The position numbers and the translations under genes are program-made. Source: Vicugna vicugna (Eukaryota). Taken from it: DNA of 64,000 nucleotides. The notes beneath the pieces are model-generated. The model was given only the letters and a program-made list of their open reading frames with translations, had not been told where the DNA came from and made no database searches. The DNA lies in assembly GCA_013265495.1 (NCBI GenBank), contig MU058478.1, forward strand, positions 63,816 through 127,815, written 5' to 3'. Positions 38,456-51,205 of the stretch are shown piece after piece; position 1 is the stretch's first letter, and each line of letters begins with the position of its first letter.

Positions 38456-39149
38456 ATCCTTTGCTCCCTCCTCTTAGGGTCCCCTAATAATATTAAGTTG
38501 CAAATCTATGTTACGTTTCTCAAAACGAACACACAGACATCCATTCCGTGCTATTAAATAAATGCCAGACTCTGAGATTTCACCCATTCTCCCATTTTTT
38601 TTTTATCCTTTCTTTTCCAGGAGTTCATCCTTTTTCATCTGCTCTAAACCATGAGCATTATCAGTCTTTTCTCATTTCCCTTGACCTGCACACTTTTGAA
38701 GAACGCTAGGCAAGTATTTTATAGCAATTCTAGTTTTTCTCATGAGAATTTTTTTTTTGAGTACTTTAATCCTTTTACGTTAACCTTTAAATCAAGTGAT
38801 ACAGATACAAATAGCAGGACATGCTGAAGGATTCTAGAATTCTTATTAAAAAATGTAGCATATATATACATTGCATCCTGTTTCCCCACCCCCTCACAGA
38901 AATCTGGATTCAGTTTTCCATTTATTTTTTATTGCTTTTTTTTTTATTGTTTTTCCCCACGCCCTGCTACTGACATATAATTTCTTCCTAACATTTTGCC
39001 CTGTTGGCCTGAGTTCCAAGATCTTTAAATCTGTCTCACGTTTCTACAGCTTTCAGCTTTGTTATCTTCAATATCTTGGTGCCAGATTTACATCACAGTG
39101 TCCACTCCTTTGGATGTATTTTTTACTTGTGAATATTCTTAAGCAAACT

Positions 39150-39965
39150 TAAAAAAAAACTTTATTGGGATACAATTCATAAACTTTATAATTCACCCAT
39201 AATTCATTGACTTTTCACACATTCTTAAATATGGAAATTTTACTATTTCACTGAGACGGGAATGTTAAAAGTATTTTATTTAAATATACATTTTTTAAAA
39301 TTGAAGTACAATTAATTACAATGTGTCAGTTTCTGGCGCACAGCACCATGTCCCCGTCACACATATACATACATATATTTGTTTTCATATTTTTGTGATT
39401 AAAGATTATTATAAGATATTGAACATGGTTTCCCTGTGCTATTCCAAAGAAACTTTTTTTAAAAATCAAATTTTTTTATATACGGTGCCTAACATTTGCA
39501 AGTCTCAAAGAGATCGTCACTCTAAGTGAAGTGAGCCAGGAAGAGAAAGAAAAATACCAATATGAGATCATGCACATGAGGGATGAAACTATACATTTTA
39601 ATATTTTCACGTCCTCAAAGAGAAAATTTTGTCATGTAATTTCAGTCCCTTACCTCCCCCACCTCTTAGCCCTGAGCACCCGCTCATCTCCTTTCTCTCT
39701 CTCTAGATTTAACCTCTTGTGGGATTTCTGATCAATGGAATGATGTACCAGGTCGTCTTTTGTGACTGACTTCTTTGCCTTGGCGTGATGTTTCAGAGCT
39801 CCACCCGTGCTGTAATGTGTCAGCCCTCCATTCCTTTTCACGGTCCACCATCGCTCCATGCAACCACATCTGCGTGTATTTTCTGCTAGTGGATGGACAA
39901 TTAGATGGTTTCCACCTTGAGCCTTTTACAAGTAATGCTGCTGTAAACATCAAGATCATAACGTG
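39150..39965 (-). mobile_element. Old L1M 3' region hosting a younger nested L1
   Basis: ctttattgggatacaattc start; resumes after 39600 (gtggatggacaattagatggtttccacctt...aatgctgctgtaaacat). Confidence 0.7.
39295..39589 (-). mobile_element. Short L1 3' end with 5' inversion
   Basis: Minus-strand 3' UTR to about 39509, then plus-strand gagatcgtcactctaagtgaagtgagccagg; TSD tatacatttt at 39285-39294 and 39590-39599. Confidence 0.85.
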
Positions 39966-40069
39966 GGTGTGTGTTATACGCAGGACCTCAGGCACCACCC
40001 AGATCAATTCCATCAGCATCTGCATTGTAACTCCTGCATTTTAAAGTGTGGGATGCAGGGGTCTAGACC

Positions 40070-40220
40070 CAAAATTTTCAACCCCAGCTGCATGTTAAAA
40101 TAACCCGCAGACTCCACGTCCTGCTATTCTGTTCTAAATGCTCTGGAGAGCGATCTGTGAATGTTTATCTTAAAAGTGCCCCCAGTGTGCCTAACTGTAG
40201 CTATGGTCAAAAATCCCTGG
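40070..40220. mobile_element. MER5-like hAT fragment
   Basis: ttcaaccccagctgcatgttaaaataacc...aaaagtgcccccagtg; degenerate. Confidence 0.5.
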
Positions 40221-40678
40221 TCCAGCTCGTCTCTGGCTTGTGAGCACGGCCTGCTGGGGACACTGTCATCCCATCTCCCGGCCAGCATTGATTTAATTGA
40301 CACACCTGACTGCAGCCACCTCCATCCATCCACCCGGTTCCATTTTCACCTGTCCTGGCTTTGTTCTTTCAGAGAATTATCTCCATTCCTATAAAGGTCT
40401 AACCTTTGGTGAGAAAAGTAACATTTGTCTGCGCCTTTTCTGTATGATGGTATCACGTCCCAGAAATAGAAGGTAATTCACACAGTAGGACCATGTTATC
40501 AAGCTCCAAAGGCATCACTGAGCCTACGTAGTTGGTGGCATGCATGTTGCACTTAATAAACGATTATTGAAAGGGTATTTCCTGCAGTGTGGGAAGGATT
40601 TTCTTTTATTTTCTACTCATGCCCTGCTCTTCTTTAGGGAAATTCTCCTTTATATTTCTAAAATGTGTTTTGGGGTAT

Positions 40679-41117
40679 TGAGGTGGGAAGCCCCATGAAA
40701 AGACCGGCAGGACGCCCCAGGCAGGGCCACTACTTTCCTGCCAGCGCCATCTGGTTCCCTGGCCCGGTGACATTATCTTGCTTTTGTGCTGCTGTAAAAC
40801 TGCTTGCTTCTAGGAAAGCGAACCTTATCCCTAAGAGTCTTTTGGTTCCCAAAACTCACTCCTGATTGGTCCATTTGTAACACCTCATTTGCATAAAGCT
40901 CACTCCTGATTGGCCTGTTTCTAACACCTTATTTGCATACAATGTTGCAAAATCTTGTCTTGTATCTTATAAAAGCCTGTGTAAACCTATAGACGGAGGA
41001 GCTCGGAGTGTTAACTCCTCTGGGCCCGCTGGCATGATAAACCTGAGTTCTCCAACCCTCCCAGTGTCGCTTGGTCTCTCGCCCAGATCCAGGTTGCTGT
41101 CACACTGAGCTGTGACA
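40679..41117 (+). mobile_element. ERV1-class solo LTR, copy 1 of 3
   Basis: Homologous to 49236-49569 and 58494-58841; ATTGG boxes, octamers, TATAAAA near 40968; right end uncertain (41104 or 41117). Confidence 0.85.
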
Positions 41118-43649
41118 CTTTGCTGTACCATTTCAGTTCCATGGCATTGCACTCTTTTTTGATTGAGTTCATTGCACACATCCGATAGTTTGTTAAACAC
41201 GTATGCAACAAAATACAAGCTTGCTAATGTCCAGTTCAAATGTAATTCTATAATCAAAACTTGCAGGCCATAAAGTGAGAGCAGAGGCGACATTTCAGGC
41301 TGAGCTATTTCTTCCTGCAAATGAAACCTTTGAGGGCAAAGAGGACGTCTCTCGGGTCCTGCTGTATACAATATCTCAGCTGCCACGGACGCACAACACT
41401 TGTTAAATGGGAAATTCACCTCAAGGTCCTGTAAGTCAGCATTTTGGTCAGCTCATGGAAAGTGAGGACAGAGGGAAAACAGACATGCCCAAGTGAACTG
41501 TAGTTGGTAATGTTCACGTGACTCTCCCTGATCCATAATTCAAAGTCTCACAGCTTGCCTGAGAGTCATCAGACAGAAAACAGCAATTACCAAGACATAA
41601 TGAAGGGGTGATTTTCAGAGAAGGCTCTTTGGTACTTCGGATGTCACACCAGGAGACGTATTTTTGTAGCTTTTAAGAAAAATGAGCGCCCCAGGTATGG
41701 CCCTGCGGTGCCTGCTCCCTGGCAGCCTGATCTCCTTGCATTAGGATTATGTCAGATGGTTCTGGGTTCGGCTGAAATTGGAAACGTCATACGAAAAAGC
41801 ATTAAAAATAATCAAGAAAAAATAATCAAGTCAAGAATCATTCATCATCATGAAACGTGCTTGGCTGCTAATGGGCATCCTTGCGAATAAATCATCTGAT
41901 ATGAAATAAATGGACTAAAATGAAGACATGGAACCGTCCCACTGGGATGCTGGCAAGGATCTGCCTTAATCACATTTAACTGTATAGCAGCAGAGATGTA
42001 TCTACTGAAAAGATAGGGAGATTTACAAGTTAAATGATGTTAAAAATGTGAAGGCTTGGTAATCCTTGACATATGGGGGTTTGTCATTTTCACGGTAGTG
42101 ACGGTGAAAACAACAGAACCAATATGTGCCACGGTTTATCGGTTTATGGTTATAAACCATGTAAGACACATTAACTAAATGACAGTATTCTGGCATGGCT
42201 ACATTGACTTACTTTATTATAAGTTATCCTGAATGCCGAAATACTGAATGCTGCCTTCTTTGCTGAAAACAATTGCTTAGCAATCTGGCCCGATGCCATT
42301 TGCTAAGAAGCTGATGGGTCAAGCTTTGTTGAGTAAGCCAGACGTATCTGGAAGAGGAATTATATGCAACATGCAAATTCACATGACCAGTTTTTCTTTC
42401 AAAAACTCACTCCTGTAGCCACCGCCTCATGACTTTGATCTGCAAATCAATTATTCGAATCATGTTTGCAAGGTAACTTTTTTTTTTTTACTGTTTCTGC
42501 AGAGAGAACAATTTGCTTATTGTGCATTCATTTCTAAGATGATAAGAAAGATATTTTTATAAATTTTGAGGATGTGTGACTCTTGATGTGAAATAAAAAT
42601 GATGAAATTACAGCTATGATTTAAAATTATACTTTTCATAAAACCCAGTTGGCTCTGAATTATTATTTGAAAATTCATGAGTCTGTTTTTTTTTTAATTA
42701 AAATAATGAGTTTCAACCAAGCTCCTATTAATATGTTTTGAATGAATTAAAATGAGCCTTATACACATTTTAAGGGAATCTACCAAGACGTGTAAATGAA
42801 TCCATCTTAAGCATCAATACATTGATTTATTACAAGTGAGACTTTATTCAAGTGAAACTTTTACAAAATTATTTCTTTTGTCCTAAAGATATTATTTCAA
42901 AAATTAGATTATTGAGAATTTTGAATGATATTTCGGGAATTCTGCAAAAAGATAGTGATGTTGGAAGATACAGTCTAAGAAAATAAAGATTCAATTTTTA
43001 AGATACCAAGAAAGTCAATGTTATAAAAAGTAAATTGATGAAGTTTTTATTTTTATTTTTTTTATTTTTTTGGTAAGTATATGAGTGAAGAAATAAAACC
43101 AAATATTGTCAGAAAACAACTTCAGTTTGCTGAAAGAAAGCATGCCAGTAAAAATTCACATGGGTAACGCATGGTAGCAAAGATAAAACCTTAGGCATAC
43201 TCTGTCTGGAATCCAGAGGGGCATTTGACAAGATACTTCTGAGACAACTTTCTCTTATCCTGAAGGTAAGATAACTAAAAATACCTATCTTTTCATAAAA
43301 TTCACTCTACACATTAGATACCAACCCAAGTATGGCCAAAACAAACACACAACCAGAAAGCAAAATAGAACAGAACAAAACAACCCAGTCTAAGTAATTA
43401 CCACCAGTTGTTCTGAAACGGCTAAGAGCGGATAAGCAGGAGCCAAGAATCCTGGAATAGGGCAGAGAATGATGGGCGTTAGGGAGTTCATGGTCCTTGC
43501 CAGTGCTGGTGGGGCAGAACACTTGTCATTAATGAGAATGTAGTGCCACAGTCCCGGACAAATGTGAACAGGAAACCCTGGCACAGAACGTTTGCAGGAG
43601 ACGAGTGGAAATTTGCACTATTTGCATAAATGACAAAAATCATTCTAGG

Positions 43650-44178
43650 TCTAGAGTCAGTTACATGGAAATCTAGATGATTACTTTCCTACACATTTTT
43701 TTCCCTCTTAGTCTGTCTCTCCGGTCTTTGTACATGTTGGAGTCATGTCCCCTGCATCGCCGATTACTGTGCCCAGTACCAAAAACCCTATAACACTAGG
43801 CTTAAATCCTACTAAATCTAGAGTCAGTTACATGGAAATAAGTTAGGCTGGTGGTTTGGTGATGGAGAATCAGACAGAGAAATCTGTAGGGTAAGTCATG
43901 GGCCTTGGCTAAATTATAGTCATCAGTATCCATGTTTCATGCCTGCAAAGGCAGAATTCTTTAAATCACCACACCTGTAGAGTTCTGAATACTTCCTTCG
44001 CCTTGTAAAAGCATTCTTGTGCAAGAATGTTAATGTCTTTAGTAGGATTTAAGCCTAGTGTTATAGGGTTTTTGGTATTGGGCATAGTAATCGACGATGC
44101 AGGGGACATGACTCCAACATGTACAAAGTCCGGAGAGACAGACTAAGAGGGAAAAAAATGTGTAGGAAAGTAATCATC
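43650..44178. repeat. 141-bp inverted duplication flanked by a 23-bp direct repeat
   Basis: 43676-43816 is the reverse complement of 44038-44178 (4 mismatches); tctagagtcagttacatggaaat at 43650-43672 and 43817-43839. Confidence 0.97.
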
Positions 44179-44439
44179 ATGTATCAAAATGTTTCACTTT
44201 ATTCTTTACAGAACATGACAGTGCAATTAGACACATCCTCAACCTCATCGAGACAAATGAAGTCTAAACCCCACAGAAAATGGGTCATCTTTTCCCATCA
44301 GTTGTTGGCATGTGAAATGGGGCCAAAGTGGTACCTGGCATCCGATTGGTGGTGGAAGCCAAATAGAAATGGTTATGTTTAAATGATGACAATATTTTCC
44401 TGAAGATAACTTTTTGTTTTATGGTGTTTTGCACATTTA

Positions 44440-47100
44440 ATTTTTATTTTTATTTTATTTTAATTAATAATTAATTATTTTATTTATTTTATTTTTCTAT
44501 ATTTTAAATATAAGAGCTTTCTCCATAAGGAAGCGAAGGTGATCTCTATTTTCTTTATATGCTGTTCCTTCTCTGTCCGTTTCTATCTTGGAGTCAAAAA
44601 AAAATACTTTATGACATTGTGGATTTTTAATCCATCTAAAATTTTGGTAAAAATAGGTCGTGTTAAAGGACTCTACACGCACACTTGTTTATCCATGCGG
44701 AAAGCCAATGGAAGCCTCATTTATTTAATAATCTACCTTTCCTTTCACTGGTTTTAATGCCACCATATTGTAAAACCCTTTGATCCCTTGTGGGTTTCTA
44801 GACAAGCTATTATTTTCAGTGTCTTTTATTATCTGGCCCAAGGATTCTTTCTCTCTTTTAATTATTATCACTTTAGAACTGTTCTTTGCTTTTCTCTAAC
44901 GTGAGTTCACCATCATTATTTGTGTTCAACTTTGCCTTGGGTATGCTTGACCATTCATTCAGCGGTAATTATTGTCACATCGTTTTGCGAAATAATAATA
45001 AACAAGCCACTGGGATATTGAGTCAAATTGCAGCTGACTTAACAGATGAACGGAGGAAAAATTGTCTTTCCTCATGCGAGAGTCTTTTCTAAGTTCATCT
45101 GTTGTATTTGTCTAGTGTAATTCTTCTTTAACGCTTTTCCGTGTTTAATAATTCCTTTATGAAAGTCTTTCAAACCTTGTGTCAGACTTACTTCTATGCC
45201 TTGAAATTCACTTCTACTGGGAATGTATTATTTTTTAATATGGTTTTTATCAGTTTCCTCGTTTATGAAAACACTATTGATTTTTGTATTAGGATCTTGT
45301 ATTCAGTAACCCCGATAATCTTCTGAGTTCTAACCATTAGTCTTGGATTCTGTATAAGTATAATCAAACCAAATAATGAAAATTGTTTTTCGTTCTATTT
45401 AATCTACATGCCACATATTTCTAATTCTTATGGAATTTAATTCTCAGAGTATTAGCCAAACATTAAATGATTGCCAGGGAAGTCGGCATTGTTTAATTGT
45501 TTCTAACAAAAATGGAATTGTTTTAGTTTTATCATTAAATCATATGTTCTGTAAACCTTGGGAAACTTATATTCCATTAATCAGATCCCTAGATTTCTAG
45601 GCATTTTTGTGGAAATTGGTAATATTATAAATTTTATAAATATTACTAGTGTATCTCTTGATACATTTATGTATGCTTCAACATGAAGCAGGAATTAGGT
45701 TCACTTGCTAATGTTAAATTATCTTTACATTCCTGTGCTAACAACTATTCCATCACCAAATTTTTTATTTATTAATTCATTATTATACTGATAATTTATC
45801 TGAAATATTTGTATATAATTTTATAAGAAAAACTTGACTTTTAGTTTTTCTATCTTATATCATCCTTAAAACTTTCATTGTCAGAATAAGTTAGAAGGCT
45901 CTCATTCTTCTTCCACAATCTGAAACATCTTGTATGAAAGAATGTGTATCTGGAAATTTGAATCAAATTAAAAATGTAACTATAGACCCATTCATGTTTT
46001 CTGTTTTCTGCATGAATATAGTATACTTTTATAGAACATGGTCTATTTAGCTACAATTTCTATTTTAATGGCATTAAGTGGTTTATACCACTTTAGCAAC
46101 TTGCTCCATCACAGAGCAGAGGTTTTTAATTTCAATGAAATCCTACTTTTTTTTTCCTTCCATAGAACATACTTTTTGTGTTATACCTAAAAAGTCATCA
46201 CCACATCCAAAGTCACTTAGATTTTCTTCTAGCATATCTTCTAGAAGTTTATAGTCTCGTGTTTTAAATTTGGATCTATAAACGAGTTTCAGTTAATTTT
46301 CATGCGAGAGATAGCTCTGTGTCTACATTCTTTTTCTTTTTTTTTTTTTTTTTTGGATGTGAACGTTGAGCTGTTCCAGAATCATTTGTTGGGGAGACCA
46401 TCCTTTCTTCAGAGGGTCCTTCTCTCTTTTGCCCAAACTTAGCCAGCTCCTTTAGTGTGGTTCTATATCTGGGATTTCTGTTCCACTGATCTATTCATAC
46501 ATGTTTATTGCTCATATATTTGCATGTATTTATCTCATTTCATTTATACTAACTTTATCTCTTTCTTTTGATTCATCAGGGCTAGCTTTGTCCCCATGTT
46601 ATTTTGAAGTGTTATATAAATGTCCTTTCTTTTAGGATGAGCCTTCAATTCTAACATTACTTGATGAGTCAACAAGTAAAGCTCATCAGAATATCAATTT
46701 CCAGAATAAAAAGTGTTAGTTCATCTACAGTCTACATTATATGTTATTTTTGCCAAATATTTTCTTTCATGATGTTTGAAAGCTCAAAGTCAACCATCAA
46801 CTACTTTTTTTTTTATGCAGTCAATGCTTCGTTTTTACCTATAGCTGTTACAATTTCCTAGTTCATTAATTATTGCATCTCCTGCCTACATTCTGGGTTT
46901 AGTTTCCTTCTTCCTCATGTGTATCCTTTCCTTGATATTTGAAAGCATATACGAATGATAAATTTTCTGTTCCCTAAAAGCATTTTTATTTCACCTAAAC
47001 TCTTAAATGATAATTTATCAGGGTATGAATCGCTAGGACGTCATTACATCCCTGGAGAACTTAACAATTTTTTTTCCCATTTCTTCTGAACTCTTTGAGA
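44440..47100 (-). mobile_element. Mosaic of ancient L1 ORF2 fragments
   Basis: T-rich antisense L1 text, e.g. ttgatttttgtattaggatcttgtattcagtaacc and cagagcagaggtttttaatttcaatgaaatcc; boundaries approximate. Confidence 0.65.
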
Positions 47101-47119
47101 CATATTCCATCAGTATAAT

Positions 47120-47287
47120 TCATGGATCAGCAGGCTTTCCTTAAAGGGACACATAGTAAATATTTGGGGTTTTGCAGACTTTACTATTCCTGTTACAACT
47201 ACTCATCTCTGCCTTTATTGCACAAAAGAACCATCCAAAAAAAAAATCTTTATTCACAAATACAGGCTGTAGGTTTGCTGACCTCTG
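47120..47287. mobile_element. MER58A-like MITE
   Basis: ccttaaagggacacatagtaaatatttggggttttgcagac...tttattcacaaatacaggc...tttgctgacctctg. Confidence 0.7.
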
Positions 47288-48421
47288 ACTGTTATTATTA
47301 TTTTTTTGTATTTGACTTGTCTTTTGTCACTAATTATTAATATTTTCCCTTTGTATATAGAGTTAGAAATATTAGATGGTTGAAAGTGGTCCTGTGGACT
47401 AACAAGAACCAGTGTGGACAAGTAAAATGCAGAGAACATAAGTGAGTCGTGATCCAGGTATCGGGCTGGTTGTGATATAACATAACAGCTGAGTGTTGAT
47501 TTGTTGAGCATCCTTGTTGATGACCAAGGGTCAAATGGAATGAACTGAATCTCACTGGGAAACAGCGTTGATGATTGCCTACAATTAGAAATTTGATTTC
47601 TCTCCCCAAACCAACTATCTAGATGGAGACTTGGGAGGGGGCATGGTGGGCAAAGTGAATAATTGCCTGAGTTTAGGTCTTAAATAACTGGGGGAAAAAA
47701 CTTGAACCAGCTTGGATTATATATTCCTGAATGATACAGGTTAGGAACTTAAAAATAATACCAGACAACTAATAGAAAAAGAAATTGGTTAAAAGTTTTA
47801 TGCCAACATTCATAGCTTAAAAATATAAATTATTTCTGATCTTTTGGATGAAAGATTCAGTTTCACACAGGGAGATGCGTTTGAATAGTTTCCTATTTTT
47901 AATACTGTATCTTCTCTTCAAACTGTATATTATCTTTGTTCTGTTTTTTTTTTCTTTATATGTGATAGAGGCAATTTGGTATATTTTAAACATTGCTAAT
48001 TGTTGAATCAGAAGCATTATATCTGAACTCTAACTCCCACGGTGCACTATTAGGGTGTTATCCATTCATCATGCATTCATTCATTTAAAGAGAAATCTTA
48101 TGCACTAGTGCAAATTGTGGCCCCAGCTCCGTAATAAAGAATGGTTGCAACAATACATTAGGGAACAAGCTGCCTTCCAGAAGCTTAAGGGTTAAAGGAG
48201 AGAGCAAAGAACGTTAGAAATTACACAGGACCGATGATGACTTTAAAAGAAACAATCAAATTGCTATGGAAACACATAGGACAAAGACTCCCTTGACTGG
48301 TTTAGAGATTTCCTGAAGGAAGCTGCTGCTAAGCTCGTTTTGAAGTATTATTAAAATCTATTCAGAGAAAGATTGGGGGAGAATACTCAAAATGGAATGA
48401 AATGTAAACACCAAGCAGCAA

Positions 48422-48422
<1 letters not shown>

Positions 48423-48456
<34 letters not shown>
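48423..48456. repeat. (CA)n microsatellite
   Basis: Direct inspection. Confidence 0.95.
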
Positions 48457-48458
<2 letters not shown>

Positions 48459-48677
48459 TCATGGCACAACCCACACTGAGGAGTTGCCATTAAATCCCCC
48501 AAATTTTGCTTACTCATTGGTTTTTCTCGACAAGAGATGACCTGACCTGACTGAAGGTACATTTTTGAATGGACATTGTGGTACAGTGTTAATGGCCACC
48601 TGCAGAAGGCATGCATAGATGTGAGGAAATCCTACAAGAAAGGGTTTGGCAGCTTCAATGAAGGAGAACGTGACTGA

Positions 48678-49163
48678 CGTGATGGTTAATCGTATGTGTC
48701 ACCTTGGCGGAATCACGCTTCCCAGACATAAGTCAGGCAATCTGGATGTTCCTGGGAGCGTGTTTTTGAATGAGATTAACTCTTAAGTCAGTAGACTTTG
48801 AGTAAAACAGGTTTCCGTCCATAGTGTAAATGGGCCTCGTCCAATCAGTTGAAGGCTTGACTAGATCTACAGATTGACCCGCTTCAAGCAAGAGAAAATT
48901 CTGCTAGCAGACAGCGTTTGGACTCGCCAGCCTCCAAAATCATGCGAGCCAATTCCTTAAAATGAGTATTTTTATATATACATGAAATATGCATTACATA
49001 ATATATTATGCATGTAATGCATGTAATATGTAATGCATACATATAATATGTAATGCATATTTCATATATAAAATATATATTATATATAGAAAATATGTTA
49101 AATATGCATGCTACATATTACATTGCGTTGGTTTCTTTTCTTTGGAAAACCCTGACTATTGCA
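48678..49163 (+). mobile_element. MLT2 (ERVL) solo LTR with internal TA-rich expansion
   Basis: gtgatggttaatcgtatgtgtcaccttggc start; gggcctcgtccaatcagttgaaggc; ggaaaaccctgacta end; 5-bp TSD actga/attga. Confidence 0.85.
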
Positions 49164-49235
49164 ATTGAATAAACTACAATGATGGTGAGACTGGTGATAT
49201 GTGAACCAACTTAAGAGATAAGCTTAACCTTACAG

Positions 49236-49569
49236 CGAAGGGGCAAAACCCACAAAGGGACCAGCAAGACCTCCCAGGCAGGGCCACTGCCTTCTGTAAA
49301 ACAGCTTGCTTTTAGGAAAAGGAAACTTACCCCTAAAATTCCATTGGTTCCCCAAAGCTCTCTCTTGATTGGTCCATTTCTAACACCTCATTTGCATATG
49401 GTATGAACTTGATGGAAACCTAACACCCTATAAAAGGCTGTGTAAACCTGCAGGCGGGGTTCAGAGCTTGGAGTGTTAACCCTTCTGGGCCCAGAGGCGT
49501 AATAAACCTGAGTTCTCCAACCCTCCAAGTGTCGCTTGGTCTCTGGACGGGATTCAGGTTGCTGTCACA
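49236..49569 (+). mobile_element. ERV1-class solo LTR, copy 2 of 3
   Basis: cgaaggggcaaaaccc...tgtcaca; octamer, TATAAAA, AATAAA at 49501; 4-bp TSD ACAG/ATAG. Confidence 0.9.
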
Positions 49570-51018
49570 ATAGTAGCCTTCGATTGCGCAGGACAGAGGA
49601 AGAGACCAGAGAAGAAATAATCAAAGGGGATGCTTATGGACAAACTGTCATTCCTTTCAGTGAAATAGGGAACACAGAAGTAAATTTAGGCCCCAGGTAT
49701 TAAAAAAAGACTAAGCTCTGCTCCAGATGGGCATTGAAGGCAGCGAAGGGACAGAGACGTTTCCTAAGAAGCTGGATTCAACGCCCTGACAAGGACGGGA
49801 TTCTGAATATACACAGAGATTTGAGTCAGTTAAGCAGGGACCATAACTGAAGCCATTGACATGATTTTGTGTTGTAGCAGTCACACTTTGAGCTTTAGAT
49901 TTTAATCATTAAAGTGGAAAGAACAGAAAAACTTCAACAAAATCCTCCTAGAATACTGTCATTTTAAATTCCATCAGCAACTTACATATGATTTCGGTGC
50001 TCACCGTAACTGTCAGGATCGCTGGTGGCAGGTCACACACCACCTCCGGCACAAGCCTGCTGCATATTCAGATCCCAATGCTTCAAGGAATGGTGGATGG
50101 ACGAAGGAGGAAATGCAAAGGAAAATATTCATTGCATTGCAAATGCCAGGTGTCTGATAACCCAGCACAATTTATTGCAAAGAGCACAGCTTGTGACTGG
50201 TCCACGTTGTCACTTTTCCTAAATGGAGACCATACGTGGATGGGTTTCTTTCTGGACTTACTTTACTTTCTTTGGTTTCTTGTTCATCCTTGGATCAACA
50301 GGACTCAATTATTTTAGTCTTATAATGGGACTCAATATCTGTGAAAAAGTCCTCTCCTCTGGTCTTCATGTGAGTTTTAACCATTTTTAGTCCTTTCGAT
50401 TACCAGATAGATTTTAGAATCAGAACACGAAATCCACACAGATAAAGAAAATTCCAGTCGTTTTGATGAGGACAGGTCTGAACTAACCGATTTTGAGAGA
50501 ACAAACATCTTTACAATATTGAATCTTTCAAAGAAAGAAACATGATATCCACTTTGGTCTTACTTAATTTCTGTCAATATAATTTTAATAGTTTTTTCTA
50601 AGGATGGAATCTTGCCCATTTTTCATACATTTCTTCATTGACAGTAGACATTTTTGAAGCTGTTGTAAATATTATAACTTAAAAGTTTTATTTTCTATTT
50701 TTTTTTCCAGGATCTAAGTATAAATTTGATTTTTCAAATACAGGCTTTATATAGAATATCCTACTAAATCCACTCATATATAATTTTCATATGCATATTA
50801 TACATATATAACTTTTTCTTTGAGGCAAGTAGTCTAATATTTCAAATCTCTTGAGCTGAATTAAAGTAGAAATCTCTTTATGGATTTTTGCGAATTCACT
50901 AATATAGTATTTGTATCAATAGGGAACAGAAAAAAAAAAAGTCCCTTCAAATATAATTGACAGAAATACGGAAAAATTCTCCCATAGCTCTAATGAAATG
51001 TTTTGAGGATCAGGTAAT

Positions 51019-51205
51019 ATTTTTCAGCTTTTAAAAAAATTATTTAAAAAAAAAGTTGGGAACAAAAAAAGCACAATTCTCCTAAGTTTACCAATAGTTA
51101 ACATTCGGCTGAATTTTTCAGTTTTAAAAAAAATTATTTAAAAAAAAAGTTGGGAACAAAAAAAGCACAATTCTCCTAAGTTTACCAATAGTTAACATTC
51201 GGCTG
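51019..51205. repeat. Tandem duplication, 94-bp unit x2
   Basis: 51019-51111 and 51113-51205 are nearly identical. Confidence 0.97.
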
